Origin: Escherichia phage anhysbys
Sequence record: NC_052656.1
DNA: 64,000 nucleotides
Direction: 5' to 3' (one strand)
The notes under the pieces: generated by a model
What the model was told of the DNA's origin: nothing
Seen by the model: the letters and a program-made list of their open reading frames with translations, nothing else
Databases searched by the model: none
Position numbers and translations under genes: made by a program
Part shown: positions 24,478-32,730 of the stretch, piece after piece
How positions within the stretch are numbered: the stretch's first letter is position 1
Layout of the letters: each line of letters opens with the position of its first letter

Positions 24478-24749
24478 CCAACACAACATTAAGGGCACTG
24501 TGATTGATCGTCGTATCCTGTGCACAAGGTCTGTTCGAAAGACAGTGTTCTTAGTATTGTGTTGATCACACAAAGAGTCACCTGAAACTTGACCGGAGTA
24601 GGGTTGGATGGGGCAAAAGAAGAAGCGGCTCTCCCATCGACAGCAACGAAGAATAATATTTGACTTTGGTTTTGTATTATTTTAAGTTAGCTTACCGAAC
24701 GTAGGGCTAGTCACCCAATGGGATACTCGTCACTGTCCCACTCAATAAA

Positions 24750-24783
24750 ACTATTGACAACCAATAGTAAAATGTAGTATAGT
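24750..24783 (+). promoter_or_regulatory. promoter with conserved ACTATTGACAA -35 element
   Basis: TTGACA at 24754-24759, TATAGT 18 nt downstream; precedes tRNA-Gly. Confidence 0.55.
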
Positions 24784-24794
24784 AAAGATGTAGG

Positions 24795-24865
24795 GCGTTC
24801 TTGGTGTAGCGGTAGCATTCCGTCCTTCCAAGTCGGCGGCACGAGTTCGATCCTCGTAGAACGCT
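24795..24865 (+). tRNA. tRNA-Gly (anticodon TCC)
   Basis: acceptor GCGTTCT/AGAACGC, anticodon loop CTTCCAA, discriminator T, T-arm ACGAG-TTCGATC-CTCGT, CCA. Confidence 0.75.
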
Positions 24866-24966
24866 CCAAATTATTTAATAAAGGGTTGCCAGAAAACTTT
24901 CTCTTTTACTCATGGTTTTCTCCTTCTCTCACACCTCTTCTGGTTGCCCTTCATTAAATGATTTAT

Positions 24967-25039
24967 TGGTTTGTAGTGTAGTCCGGTAGCACACGACACT
25001 TTGACTGTCGTAGGTTTGGTTCAAATCCAGACAGACCAG
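24967..25039 (+). tRNA. tRNA-Gln (anticodon TTG)
   Basis: acceptor TGGTTTG/CAGACCA, anticodon arm CGACA-CTTTGAC-TGTCG, T-loop TTCAAAT, discriminator G, CCA. Confidence 0.8.
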
Positions 25040-25047
25040 CCATATAA

Positions 25048-25121
25048 CGGAATTTAGCTCAGTTTGGTAGAGCATACGCTTTGGGAGCGTAGGGTCGCAG
25101 GTTCGAATCCTGCAATTCCGA
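25048..25121 (+). tRNA. tRNA-Pro (anticodon TGG)
   Basis: acceptor CGGAATT/AATTCCG, D-arm GCTCAGTTTGGTAGAGC, anticodon loop TTTGGGA, T-arm GCAGG-TTCGAAT-CCTGC, CCA. Confidence 0.85.
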
Positions 25122-25130
25122 CCAATCAAA

Positions 25131-25201
25131 TGTTTCGTAGTTCAATGGTAGAACCCACGACTGATAATCGTGAGACACAAGTTCGATTCTTGTCGAAACA
25201 A
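25131..25201 (+). tRNA. tRNA-Ile (anticodon GAT)
   Basis: acceptor TGTTTCG/CGAAACA, anticodon arm CACGA-CTGATAA-TCGTG, T-arm ACAAG-TTCGATT-CTTGT, CCA. Confidence 0.8.
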
Positions 25202-25206
25202 CCAGT

Positions 25207-25276
25207 TTCCCGTTAGACTTACAGGATAAGAGTTCCACAACTTATTGTGATGCTGGTTCGAATCCAGCACGGGATA
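25207..25276 (+). ncRNA. tRNA-like element with 4-nt anticodon-position loop (pseudo-tRNA or structured RNA)
   Basis: perfect T-arm GCTGG-TTCGAAT-CCAGC and 6/7 acceptor pairing, but anticodon-position hairpin is CACAA-CTTA-TTGTG (tetraloop); no encoded CCA. Confidence 0.25.
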
Positions 25277-25282
25277 CATAAT

Positions 25283-25358
25283 AGCGGGATAGAGGAGTCT
25301 GGTCGTCCTCGCCAGTTTCATATGCTGGAGATCATCGGTTCAAATCCGATTCCCGCCT
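25283..25358 (+). tRNA. tRNA-Met (anticodon CAT), second copy; could be initiator or Ile2 type
   Basis: acceptor AGCGGGA/TCCCGCC with A1-C72 mismatch, D-arm GAGG...CCTC, anticodon loop TTCATAT, T-arm ATCGG-TTCAAAT-CCGAT, CCA. Confidence 0.7.
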
Positions 25359-25476
25359 CCAAATATCGCTTGCCAGCGGTATCTTTGAAGACCTTGCCTG
25401 GTTCCTTCTAAGATGGAGGGGTGCGACTCCTTAACGCACAATTATAATAAAGCATTTCAAATTAACAGTATTTATT

Positions 25477-25500
25477 AGCCTCCTTATTGGAGGCTTTTTG
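25477..25500 (+). terminator. intrinsic terminator after tRNA array
   Basis: AGCCTCC-TTATT-GGAGGCT hairpin followed by TTTTT. Confidence 0.7.
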
Positions 25501-25518
25501 CTATCTATTGAATAAAAC

Positions 25519-25547
25519 TTGACTTATTATTTTTTATATGTTAAGAT
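25519..25547 (+). promoter_or_regulatory. candidate promoter (TTGACT-17-TAAGAT)
   Basis: hexamers upstream of the AGGAGG RBS of the 25569 ORF. Confidence 0.45.
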
Positions 25548-25568
25548 AAAGTTTAGGAGGATTTTATT

Positions 25569-25865
25569 ATGCCTAAACTAAAACGTGGTCGTGGAAGACC
25601 AACAGCCGAAATGCAACAGATCTACGCAATGGATGCGGCGCAAGCAAGTGTAAAAGAATTATTTGCAGAGCATTATTTAGAAGCTATGCGATATATTGTT
25701 GAACTTGTTAATGATAAGGATGCAGCAAAACCTCTCCGCTTCCAAGCAGCTAAAGCTATTAAAGAGCAAGTAGAAGAATGGTTAGAAGAACATTATGAAG
25801 CTATGGAAGAAGAAACCCCTGCCGTGCAGAATACAGATGACGTTCCTAAAAAGATCGTAATCTAA
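25569..25865 (+). CDS. hypothetical DNA-binding-like protein (possible small terminase subunit)
   Basis: 98 aa; N-terminal KRGRGRP basic patch, acidic C-terminus; position ahead of terminase but separated by spanins, so assignment is weak. Confidence 0.4.
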   Translation: MPKLKRGRGRPTAEMQQIYAMDAAQASVKELFAEHYLEAMRYIVELVNDKDAAKPLRFQAAKAIKEQVEEWLEEHYEAMEEETPAVQNTDDVPKKIVI

Positions 25866-25879
25866 TCCCTCTCCTCTCT

Positions 25880-25950
25880 TGGGGCTTTGCCCCTCCTCCT
25901 TGTTATTTTTAACACCCCTCTCCGAAAGGTTAGGGGCTTTTTTATTTTTA
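25880..25950 (+). terminator. tandem hairpin terminators
   Basis: GGGGC-TTT-GCCCC then CCCCT...AGGGG followed by CTTTTTTATTTTT. Confidence 0.6.
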
Positions 25951-25954
25951 ATGC

Positions 25955-25984
25955 TTGCAATTGTATATCATTTTGTGATAAGAT
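25955..25984 (+). promoter_or_regulatory. candidate promoter (TTGCAA-18-TAAGAT)
   Basis: upstream of GAGGAGG RBS at 25992. Confidence 0.4.
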
Positions 25985-26005
25985 CAGATATGAGGAGGAT
26001 AAAAT

Positions 26006-26176
26006 ATGCGCAATTTTGTAGTTAAAAATGATTTTAACCGTTCTTCTTATCATAAAGATAAAAAGAATGATTACACACGGGCTTGGAACTTGGAGGAAGA
26101 ACTTTATGATGACAGAGAAGACGTGGGAAGAGATCCTAGCGGAGGCTCAACCGATGGAAGTGAAGAAGATAGTTAA
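26006..26176 (+). CDS. small hypothetical protein (56 aa)
   Basis: ATG with strong GAGGAGG RBS 7 nt upstream; competes with overlapping ORF-track entry 26028-26243 (RBS-supported internal start at 26106). Confidence 0.3.
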   Translation: MRNFVVKNDFNRSSYHKDKKNDYTRAWNLEEELYDDREDVGRDPSGGSTDGSEEDS

Positions 26177-26226
26177 CAACGCCCCTTCTCTTCCTAAAAT
26201 AAAATTTTATGAGGAAGTAGAAGATA

Positions 26227-26613
26227 ATGAATCTAAAGACTAAAACTGTATTAAGTTTTGTTTTAATTGTTATTCTTGCAGGAATGTTTGCTTATAACAA
26301 GATACGTGAGTCTGGCTACAAAGATGGTGTTGCCTATCAAACACAAGTATATCAAGCAGCCCAAGCAAAAGCAAAACAAGATTTTGATGTTCTTCAAAAA
26401 AGAGCAGATGAAGAAAGAGCATTATTAAATACTCAAATAAACAACTTGTCTAAAAACAATGCACAATTAAAAGCAGATTTAGAGAAGAAGAAACAAACGA
26501 TCAATGAGGATACAACGAATTATGCAAAAACTAATTCTGGCAGTATGTCTTGCTTTGCCCCTAATGATGACGGGTTGTTCATCATCAACAAAAGTTTCCC
26601 CAGTTCTTATTGA
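26227..26613 (+). CDS. i-spanin (Rz-like): N-terminal TM anchor plus periplasmic coiled coil
   Basis: TM segment VLSFVLIVILAGMFAY followed by K/Q/A-rich coiled coil; o-spanin ORF begins inside its 3' end in another frame. Confidence 0.55.
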   Translation: MNLKTKTVLSFVLIVILAGMFAYNKIRESGYKDGVAYQTQVYQAAQAKAKQDFDVLQKRADEERALLNTQINNLSKNNAQLKADLEKKKQTINEDTTNYAKTNSGSMSCFAPNDDGLFIINKSFPSSY

Positions 26614-26848
26614 TGAGTGTAAGGCTGTAGCCATAGAAAAGGTTAAAGGTCCAGATTCGGACTTGATGGATAAAGTATCGACACCTGTGCCATACACTAA
26701 AAATCAAATTGCAAAAGGGGTTAGTAGATCTGAAGTTGTTAACAACCAAACTCAAAACAATGCTCTTTGGGAGCAAGATAGACGAAAGGTTCTAGGTTTA
26801 CAAACATATATTAAAACACTGCAAGAAAAAGGTATTATTGCTGAATAA
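26522..26848 (+). CDS. o-spanin (Rz1-like outer-membrane lipoprotein), start overlapping i-spanin gene
   Basis: signal peptide ending in lipobox-like LMMTGC; start could also be the upstream in-frame ATG at 26504. Confidence 0.55.
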   Translation: MQKLILAVCLALPLMMTGCSSSTKVSPVLIDECKAVAIEKVKGPDSDLMDKVSTPVPYTKNQIAKGVSRSEVVNNQTQNNALWEQDRRKVLGLQTYIKTLQEKGIIAE

Positions 26849-26857
26849 GGAGGGAAT

Positions 26858-28933
26858 GTGGCAAAGAAAAAGGCAGCAGGTAGTTTAGCTGGAGTAGATA
26901 TTGAAGTAAAGGCTCAACCAGGTAAACAGACTCTTGCAATGGATTTAATGCCAGAAGTTATGATTTATGGTGGTGCCGCTGGATGTGTTTCTGCTGAAAC
27001 GGAATATCTTACAAAAGATGGTTGGAGGCAGATTAGTGAATATTCGGGAGAGGATATTTACCAATATAATCCTAAGAATAAGCGTTTAGAATTGGTAACA
27101 CCTTATTTTGTAGAATACGATTTAAATGGAGATAACCTATACAGAATAACAAATGGTGTAGGATTATTCCAAGAACTTAGTATGGAACACCGTTTTGTAT
27201 TCTATAAGAAAAAGAAATCAAAGAAACATTTCGAGATTCTTGTAGGAGATCTTATTGCATTACAGCAAATAGGAAAACCCCTGCAAGGTTATGTAGAAAA
27301 TCCATTCGGTAAACGTGTTCCTTTTAACATACCTGGTAAAAAGAGCACTTACTTAAAAATACACGAGGTTATTTCAACAGATGATAAGAAATATTGTTTT
27401 GAGACTCCAAGCAGCTATATTGTCTTTAGACGTGGCGATCACTGCTTCGTTACTGGGAATAGCGGCAAGTCTCGTCTGCTATTGCTGAAAGCTTTAAAAT
27501 ACGCCTACAAAGACCCTTTGTTTGGTGGAATACTTTTCCGTAAGAACACCACTGCTCACCGTAAACCAGGTGGTCTGTTTACAGAAGCAAAACGTTTGTA
27601 TCTTCCTTTACAACCACACGTAAAAGAAAGTACAATGGATATCATTTTTGAAGCCACTGGTGGTGGAACCCTCAAATTTGACCATTTGGAAAATGATAAC
27701 GTAACAGCAGAAACAAACCATCAGGGTACCCAGTATTCAATGGTAGGTTTTGACGAGTTAACCCACTTCACACAATATGAAATGCTATATCTTCTGGGAC
27801 GTATGCGTTCAGAGTCAGAAACAAGTTTCATGTTGTGCACATGTAACCCTGACGCAGATAGTTGGGTTTTGAATTGGGTGTTACCTTATCTTGATGAGGG
27901 TGGTTATCCTAGAGAAGATATGTGTGGTAAACAAAAATATTTCATCATTGTTAACGATGAACCTGTTTTTGCTGACACACCTGAAGAACTGAAAGAAAAA
28001 TATCCAGAAAACTGTTTCATGGAAAACCCTAATACAGGGGAGACAGTTGTTATTGAACCACAAACTTTCGTATTTATTGGTGGGACAATATTTGATAACC
28101 CAGAACTCATTAGGCTTAACCCTAATTACTTAGCACAGCTTAAATCACAAACAGCGATCAAAAGAGCACAGCTTCTGGACGGTTGTTGGTTTGCACGTAT
28201 CCAGAAAGAATCTTTCTTTCAACGTGAATGGTTACATAAAATATCTTATAAAGATGTTCCTAACAATCTTAAACTAATGCGAGCATGGGATAAAGCTGTT
28301 TCAGTTCCTACAGAAACTTACCGTTATCCAGACTATACAACATCTGTCAAAATGGGTAAAGATCAAGATGGTAATATCTACATCTTTGGCGACTATGATT
28401 ATGATGCTGTGGATGAGAAAAGTAAAATTTTCGGAAGGTTTCGAAGACTACCTGGGGAAAGGGATAACCTGATTCTAAATCAATGTAAGATTGATGGACC
28501 AGAAGTTACAGTAGTGCTTCCTAAAGACCCATCTGGTGCTGGGACAATAGAATACACAGAGTCTGCAAAGAAACTTATTCTAGAAGGTTTTGTTGTTAAA
28601 CCAGATGCTATGCCAGGTAACAAGAAAAAGCTTCAGCGTTTTATGCCTTTTAGTAGTGCGTGTCAAAACGGTTTTGTTTATATTGTTGAAGATTCTTTCC
28701 CTAATGTGGAAACTTTAACCCACTTTTATAAAGAATTGGAATCTTTCAATGGTGAAAGATCTACAGCCACTATTAAAGATGACATTCCCGATGCTGCTGC
28801 CTCTTGTTTTAATACTCTGTCAAAAGAGAATACTTTCAAAGCAGTAGCTATCCCTACAACAACAAATGCTCCTACAGGATACAGTAGAATGAACAGCGGA
28901 TTTCACCAGCCGTATAGTGTCCGTAAAAGATAA
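26858..28933 (+). CDS. terminase large subunit (TerL), interrupted by an in-frame mini-intein
   Basis: GTG start after AGGAGG; Walker B MVGFDELTHF, coupling motif LCTCNPD, nuclease Asp motifs GDYDYD / VLPKDPSGAG; Walker A is split as ...IYGGAAG | 159 aa | SGKSRLL. Confidence 0.85.
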   Translation: MAKKKAAGSLAGVDIEVKAQPGKQTLAMDLMPEVMIYGGAAGCVSAETEYLTKDGWRQISEYSGEDIYQYNPKNKRLELVTPYFVEYDLNGDNLYRITNGVGLFQELSMEHRFVFYKKKKSKKHFEILVGDLIALQQIGKPLQGYVENPFGKRVPFNIPGKKSTYLKIHEVISTDDKKYCFETPSSYIVFRRGDHCFVTGNSGKSRLLLLKALKYAYKDPLFGGILFRKNTTAHRKPGGLFTEAKRLYLPLQPHVKESTMDIIFEATGGGTLKFDHLENDNVTAETNHQGTQYSMVGFDELTHFTQYEMLYLLGRMRSESETSFMLCTCNPDADSWVLNWVLPYLDEGGYPREDMCGKQKYFIIVNDEPVFADTPEELKEKYPENCFMENPNTGETVVIEPQTFVFIGGTIFDNPELIRLNPNYLAQLKSQTAIKRAQLLDGCWFARIQKESFFQREWLHKISYKDVPNNLKLMRAWDKAVSVPTETYRYPDYTTSVKMGKDQDGNIYIFGDYDYDAVDEKSKIFGRFRRLPGERDNLILNQCKIDGPEVTVVLPKDPSGAGTIEYTESAKKLILEGFVVKPDAMPGNKKKLQRFMPFSSACQNGFVYIVEDSFPNVETLTHFYKELESFNGERSTATIKDDIPDAAASCFNTLSKENTFKAVAIPTTTNAPTGYSRMNSGFHQPYSVRKR
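26984..27460 (+). mobile_element. mini-intein (Hint domain only, no homing-endonuclease domain) in the TerL P-loop
   Basis: 159 aa starting Cys (CVSAETEYLTKDG, block-A-like), ending ...FVTGN followed by Ser +1; SMEH as block-B-like SxxH; excision restores the P-loop GAAGSGKS. Confidence 0.6.
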
Positions 28934-28936
28934 TTG

Positions 28937-28965
28937 TTGACAAAAGTCACTTTAAAGTGTATTAT
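28937..28965 (+). promoter_or_regulatory. sigma70-like promoter (TTGACA-17-TATTAT)
   Basis: near-consensus hexamers between terminase and portal genes. Confidence 0.6.
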
Positions 28966-29034
28966 AACTAGATAGGTGAGGTTGTATATAATACAGCCTT
29001 GCCTTAACGATTTTATACCTGACTGGAGGAACAA

Positions 29035-30600
29035 GTGTCAACAGGAAAAAGAACGTACACTAAAAAGTCAGAATACTGGGACAAAGGTGCTGCAAATAAA
29101 GCTGCTCTCTCTCCAACAAAAGAGGCAGAGAAAGAGAAAACGTTACTCCTGTCACCTGAAATAGGAACGATCGGATTAAACTCAATCAAAGCATTTACGA
29201 ATTTCATGCAACCCTATGAGACTCGTTTCCCAGAATGTATTCGCACTTTTAAAGAGATGGGTGAAGACCCTGATGTAGCTACTGCTCTTGACGCTACATA
29301 TATCTTTGTAGATAGAGCATTCTTTGATTTCAAGATAAAATACAATGTAAACTCGGCAAAGTCAAGAAAAGCTGCTAAGTTTATTGATTACATGTTACGC
29401 AATATGCAAGCCCCTCTACGTCAATATGTTAGATCACTTTTGACATATAAGCAATATGGTTTTGCATTCGCAGAGAAAGTTTATGAGTTGGATGAAGATC
29501 CTAAAAGTCCTTACTTTGGGTATTGGCGATTGACCAAATTGGCTTTTAGACCACAAGACACTCTTCACATGGCTCAACCTTTTACATATTCGGCAGACGG
29601 ACGTTCTATTCTATCTGTTAACCAGAATATCACCAATACGATGTTAGCTCCAGGTAATACAACTTTAGAAACGGGTATTAAAGAAATTCCTTTCAGTAAA
29701 GTTTTATTTGTTGGTAGCAACATTACAGAGAATAACCCATTAGGAGTTAGTCCGCTTTTAGCTGTATATCGTAGCTGGCGTGAAAAATCTCTTATTCAGG
29801 AATTTGAGGTTATTGGGGTATCTAAAGATTTAGGCGGTATGCCAGTTCTTAAGGTTCCAAGTGACATTCTAAACAGGGCATCTTTAGATCCTGCGGGGGA
29901 TGAAGCACAATCTCTTCGAGTTCTCCAAGCCAACATCGCTAACCTGCACTCTGGTGAGCAAGCCTACATGGTGTTGCCTTCAGACGTTTATGAAGGCACA
30001 GTGATGCGTCAATACGATCTTGTATTCCAAGGTGTTGATGGCACGGGTAAACAGTTTGACACTCAAGCACTAATCAAACAACGTAAACTGGATATTTATA
30101 ACCGCTTTGGTGCGGGTGTGTTGATTATGGGTGATGGTGACGCAGGAAGTTTTGCGCTTTCTGACAACAAACAAACACTATTGTCTCATTTTATTGAGCG
30201 AGATGTAGATATTGTTGTAGAAGCTATAAACTCTCAACTGATCCCTCAAACACTACGACTAAACAATATCTTCCTTTCTGATGAAGATATGCCTAAGTTT
30301 GTCAGTGGTGAAATGGGTGATCCTGATATTGAAGTAAATGCTAAAGCTATTCAGCAGTTGGTAGCCTCTGGTGCAATACCTTTAACCCCAGAAGTTATTA
30401 ACGAGTTTCTTGAAAAAATTGGTTTTGAATATCGCATCCCTGATGATATTGTTGCCAATAAAGAGAAATTCTTTGAATTCATGGATAACTATATGCCTGA
30501 CAAAACTTCACGATCAGGAGATGGTTTAGCTACAGCGGGAACTGGAACGTCTGATACTGTTTCTGCTCTAGATCCTTCAGCACAAAACCTGTCGAATTAA
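29035..30600 (+). CDS. portal protein
   Basis: 521 aa, GTG start after GGAGG; assignment by position directly after TerL and by size. Confidence 0.6.
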   Translation: MSTGKRTYTKKSEYWDKGAANKAALSPTKEAEKEKTLLLSPEIGTIGLNSIKAFTNFMQPYETRFPECIRTFKEMGEDPDVATALDATYIFVDRAFFDFKIKYNVNSAKSRKAAKFIDYMLRNMQAPLRQYVRSLLTYKQYGFAFAEKVYELDEDPKSPYFGYWRLTKLAFRPQDTLHMAQPFTYSADGRSILSVNQNITNTMLAPGNTTLETGIKEIPFSKVLFVGSNITENNPLGVSPLLAVYRSWREKSLIQEFEVIGVSKDLGGMPVLKVPSDILNRASLDPAGDEAQSLRVLQANIANLHSGEQAYMVLPSDVYEGTVMRQYDLVFQGVDGTGKQFDTQALIKQRKLDIYNRFGAGVLIMGDGDAGSFALSDNKQTLLSHFIERDVDIVVEAINSQLIPQTLRLNNIFLSDEDMPKFVSGEMGDPDIEVNAKAIQQLVASGAIPLTPEVINEFLEKIGFEYRIPDDIVANKEKFFEFMDNYMPDKTSRSGDGLATAGTGTSDTVSALDPSAQNLSN

Positions 30601-30628
30601 AAATATTTAATATTTTTTAATTTTTCTA

Positions 30629-30657
30629 TTGACAAAACAACAAATATCCTGTAGACT
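30629..30657 (+). promoter_or_regulatory. sigma70-like promoter (TTGACA-17-TAGACT)
   Basis: hexamers upstream of the 30694 gene. Confidence 0.5.
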
Positions 30658-30693
30658 AAGATTTATGGGATATCTGTTTTTAAGAGGTTTCAA

Positions 30694-31173
30694 ATGGAAC
30701 TCAATAAAGATACACTGTGGGAACTCTTCAAAACCTTCGCTGGTTTTAAAGAGAATTCTGAATCCCAACAAGATTCTATACCATCTCAAAAACCTGAAAC
30801 TCTAGTCAAACAAAATAAATTTGATGAAGAAAAGATGCAGGTTATTGAGGTCTTGTATTGTCCACCTGAAGAAGACGATCTCCACGGAGAGCGCATGTCT
30901 GATTTGGAAATCAGGAAGATGGTTGACAACTTCAATGAGAATATTACCAATATTAGCGGTAATCTTGGTCACATGAAGAACACCGATAAGTTTGCTCCAA
31001 TTAAAGCTTGGGTAAATGAAGTCGATTGTTACATTGGTGACGAACTCGTTGTGGAAGGAACTCCCCTCGTTAAAATCCAATTCAACGACCCTGAATTATA
31101 TCAAGCTCGTAAAGACGGCGTTCTTAAAGGTTTGAGTATAGGCGCAATGGGCGTTAAAGTCAAGAAGGACTAA
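30694..31173 (+). CDS. head morphogenesis protein (possible prohead protease, XkdF-like)
   Basis: position between portal and scaffold; GLSIGAMG motif; assignment weak. Confidence 0.35.
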   Translation: MELNKDTLWELFKTFAGFKENSESQQDSIPSQKPETLVKQNKFDEEKMQVIEVLYCPPEEDDLHGERMSDLEIRKMVDNFNENITNISGNLGHMKNTDKFAPIKAWVNEVDCYIGDELVVEGTPLVKIQFNDPELYQARKDGVLKGLSIGAMGVKVKKD

Positions 31174-31175
31174 TC

Positions 31176-32291
31176 GTGGCAAATACATATTTAACTAACG
31201 TAGACTTTTCAGGAAAAGCTACGGAAGAGTCACTAGGTGCTCATATTGCTTACACTTTTGATTTTCAAGGTGGAGCGGCATCTGGTTATAATACCCCCCT
31301 TTTATTTAAGTCAGACGGATCTCCAGACATAACTTTTGAAAAGTTAGAAGCTCTCACTAAAATGGGAGAAGATGTTACAGAGTTACGTAAAAGCTATATT
31401 CAACAAGTGATGGATCGCATTTCTGAAAAAGTGCGTGAAAAATTTGAAGCTGGTTGGGATTGGGTTTACGTTATTGATGCTGACTTCGATGCGAACGTTG
31501 CAATTTTCTGTTCAGATAACGGTATGTTCTCTGTTGGCTTTAAAGTTGACGGACTGAATGTTGAAGTTGAAGAGGTTGCTAAACCTGTTGTTCGTGTTAC
31601 TGATTATCAAGTTGTTGATGGTGATGTAATGATCTCCATTGATTTCTTTGAGGACGTTTTAGACGATGCTTTGAGTAATCTCGTTAAGAGTTCCTTGAAA
31701 CAAAGTCAAGTTAAAGATTATTTAGTGAAAGCTCACGCTAAAGCTAATACAAACTCTGTGGATGCAGAGGCTAACCCCGCAGGTGATAAATCTGCAAACA
31801 CAACTGGAATCAATAAAGGAGAAACCCCTTTGGAAAATATCAACAAAGAAGAATTCCTGAAATCTGCTGAATTCCAAGAACTGATGAAAGCACAGATCGC
31901 TGAAGCTGTAGAAAAAGCAGCAGCAGATGCACGTGCAGCCGCAGAACTTGAAGCACAGGAAAAAATCGCTAAGGCAGAACAGGAAGCAGAAGAACTTCGT
32001 AAAGCTGAACAAGCTCGTATCGAAGAAGAATATACAACTGTTGTTAAATCCTATTCTTTCGTAGAAGAAGACAAAGTTGAAGCTCTCGTTAAATATCTGG
32101 TAGACAATAAAGATATCGCTGAAACTATCGTCAAAGCATTCGAAAAAGCACGTGCAGAAGTGGACGCAGTTAAGAAAGAATTTGGAACAGAACGTGGTGT
32201 TGACGTGATCAATACTCAACCTGTAGCTAAATCTTCTTCTGAACTGATTAGTCAGAAAGCTGCTGAACTTAAAAAAGCCCAGAAACAATAA
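31176..32291 (+). CDS. scaffolding protein (putative)
   Basis: GTG start 2 nt after upstream stop; long Ala/Glu/Lys-rich coiled-coil C-terminal half; position before capsid genes. Confidence 0.45.
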   Translation: MANTYLTNVDFSGKATEESLGAHIAYTFDFQGGAASGYNTPLLFKSDGSPDITFEKLEALTKMGEDVTELRKSYIQQVMDRISEKVREKFEAGWDWVYVIDADFDANVAIFCSDNGMFSVGFKVDGLNVEVEEVAKPVVRVTDYQVVDGDVMISIDFFEDVLDDALSNLVKSSLKQSQVKDYLVKAHAKANTNSVDAEANPAGDKSANTTGINKGETPLENINKEEFLKSAEFQELMKAQIAEAVEKAAADARAAAELEAQEKIAKAEQEAEELRKAEQARIEEEYTTVVKSYSFVEEDKVEALVKYLVDNKDIAETIVKAFEKARAEVDAVKKEFGTERGVDVINTQPVAKSSSELISQKAAELKKAQKQ

Positions 32292-32310
32292 TCTTAGGAG
32301 ATTAAATTAA

Positions 32311-32709
32311 ATGGCTAAAGGAATTACTTTATCTAACTCTCGCCAGGAATTCGGACACCTGGTTCTGGGTGGAGTGTTTAGCTCTGACCTTGGACACTGT
32401 GTACGTGAAGTTAACCTGGTTAAAACAGCAACCATGAAAATTGGTTCTATCCTGAAAGCTGACAACACTGAAGCTGCTAAAGCTGAAGCTGCCGATGCTG
32501 CTAAAGTTCTGATTTGGACTGATGCTCTGTTCGGTATTGACGATGTAGCAGTAGGTGACACTTTCACCGCAGTTGTTGGCGTACGTGATCTTACTCTGAA
32601 CCGCTTTGCAGTATACTACAAAGATGGCTCCCTTGTAGATGAAGCTGGCGTAGCAGCACTGGAAACACATGATCTGAAACTGACCGAAAAAGTCGTTTTC
32701 ACTTCTTAA
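32311..32709 (+). CDS. head decoration protein (putative)
   Basis: 132 aa immediately upstream of the major capsid gene, same TAGGAGATTAA RBS and host-like codon usage. Confidence 0.4.
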   Translation: MAKGITLSNSRQEFGHLVLGGVFSSDLGHCVREVNLVKTATMKIGSILKADNTEAAKAEAADAAKVLIWTDALFGIDDVAVGDTFTAVVGVRDLTLNRFAVYYKDGSLVDEAGVAALETHDLKLTEKVVFTS

Positions 32710-32730
32710 TTTTAATAGGAGATTAATATA

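Noticed and set aside
24929-25129. Minus-strand ORF 24929-25129 (66 aa)
   Set aside because: It overlaps tRNA-Gln and tRNA-Pro on the opposite strand; no RBS.
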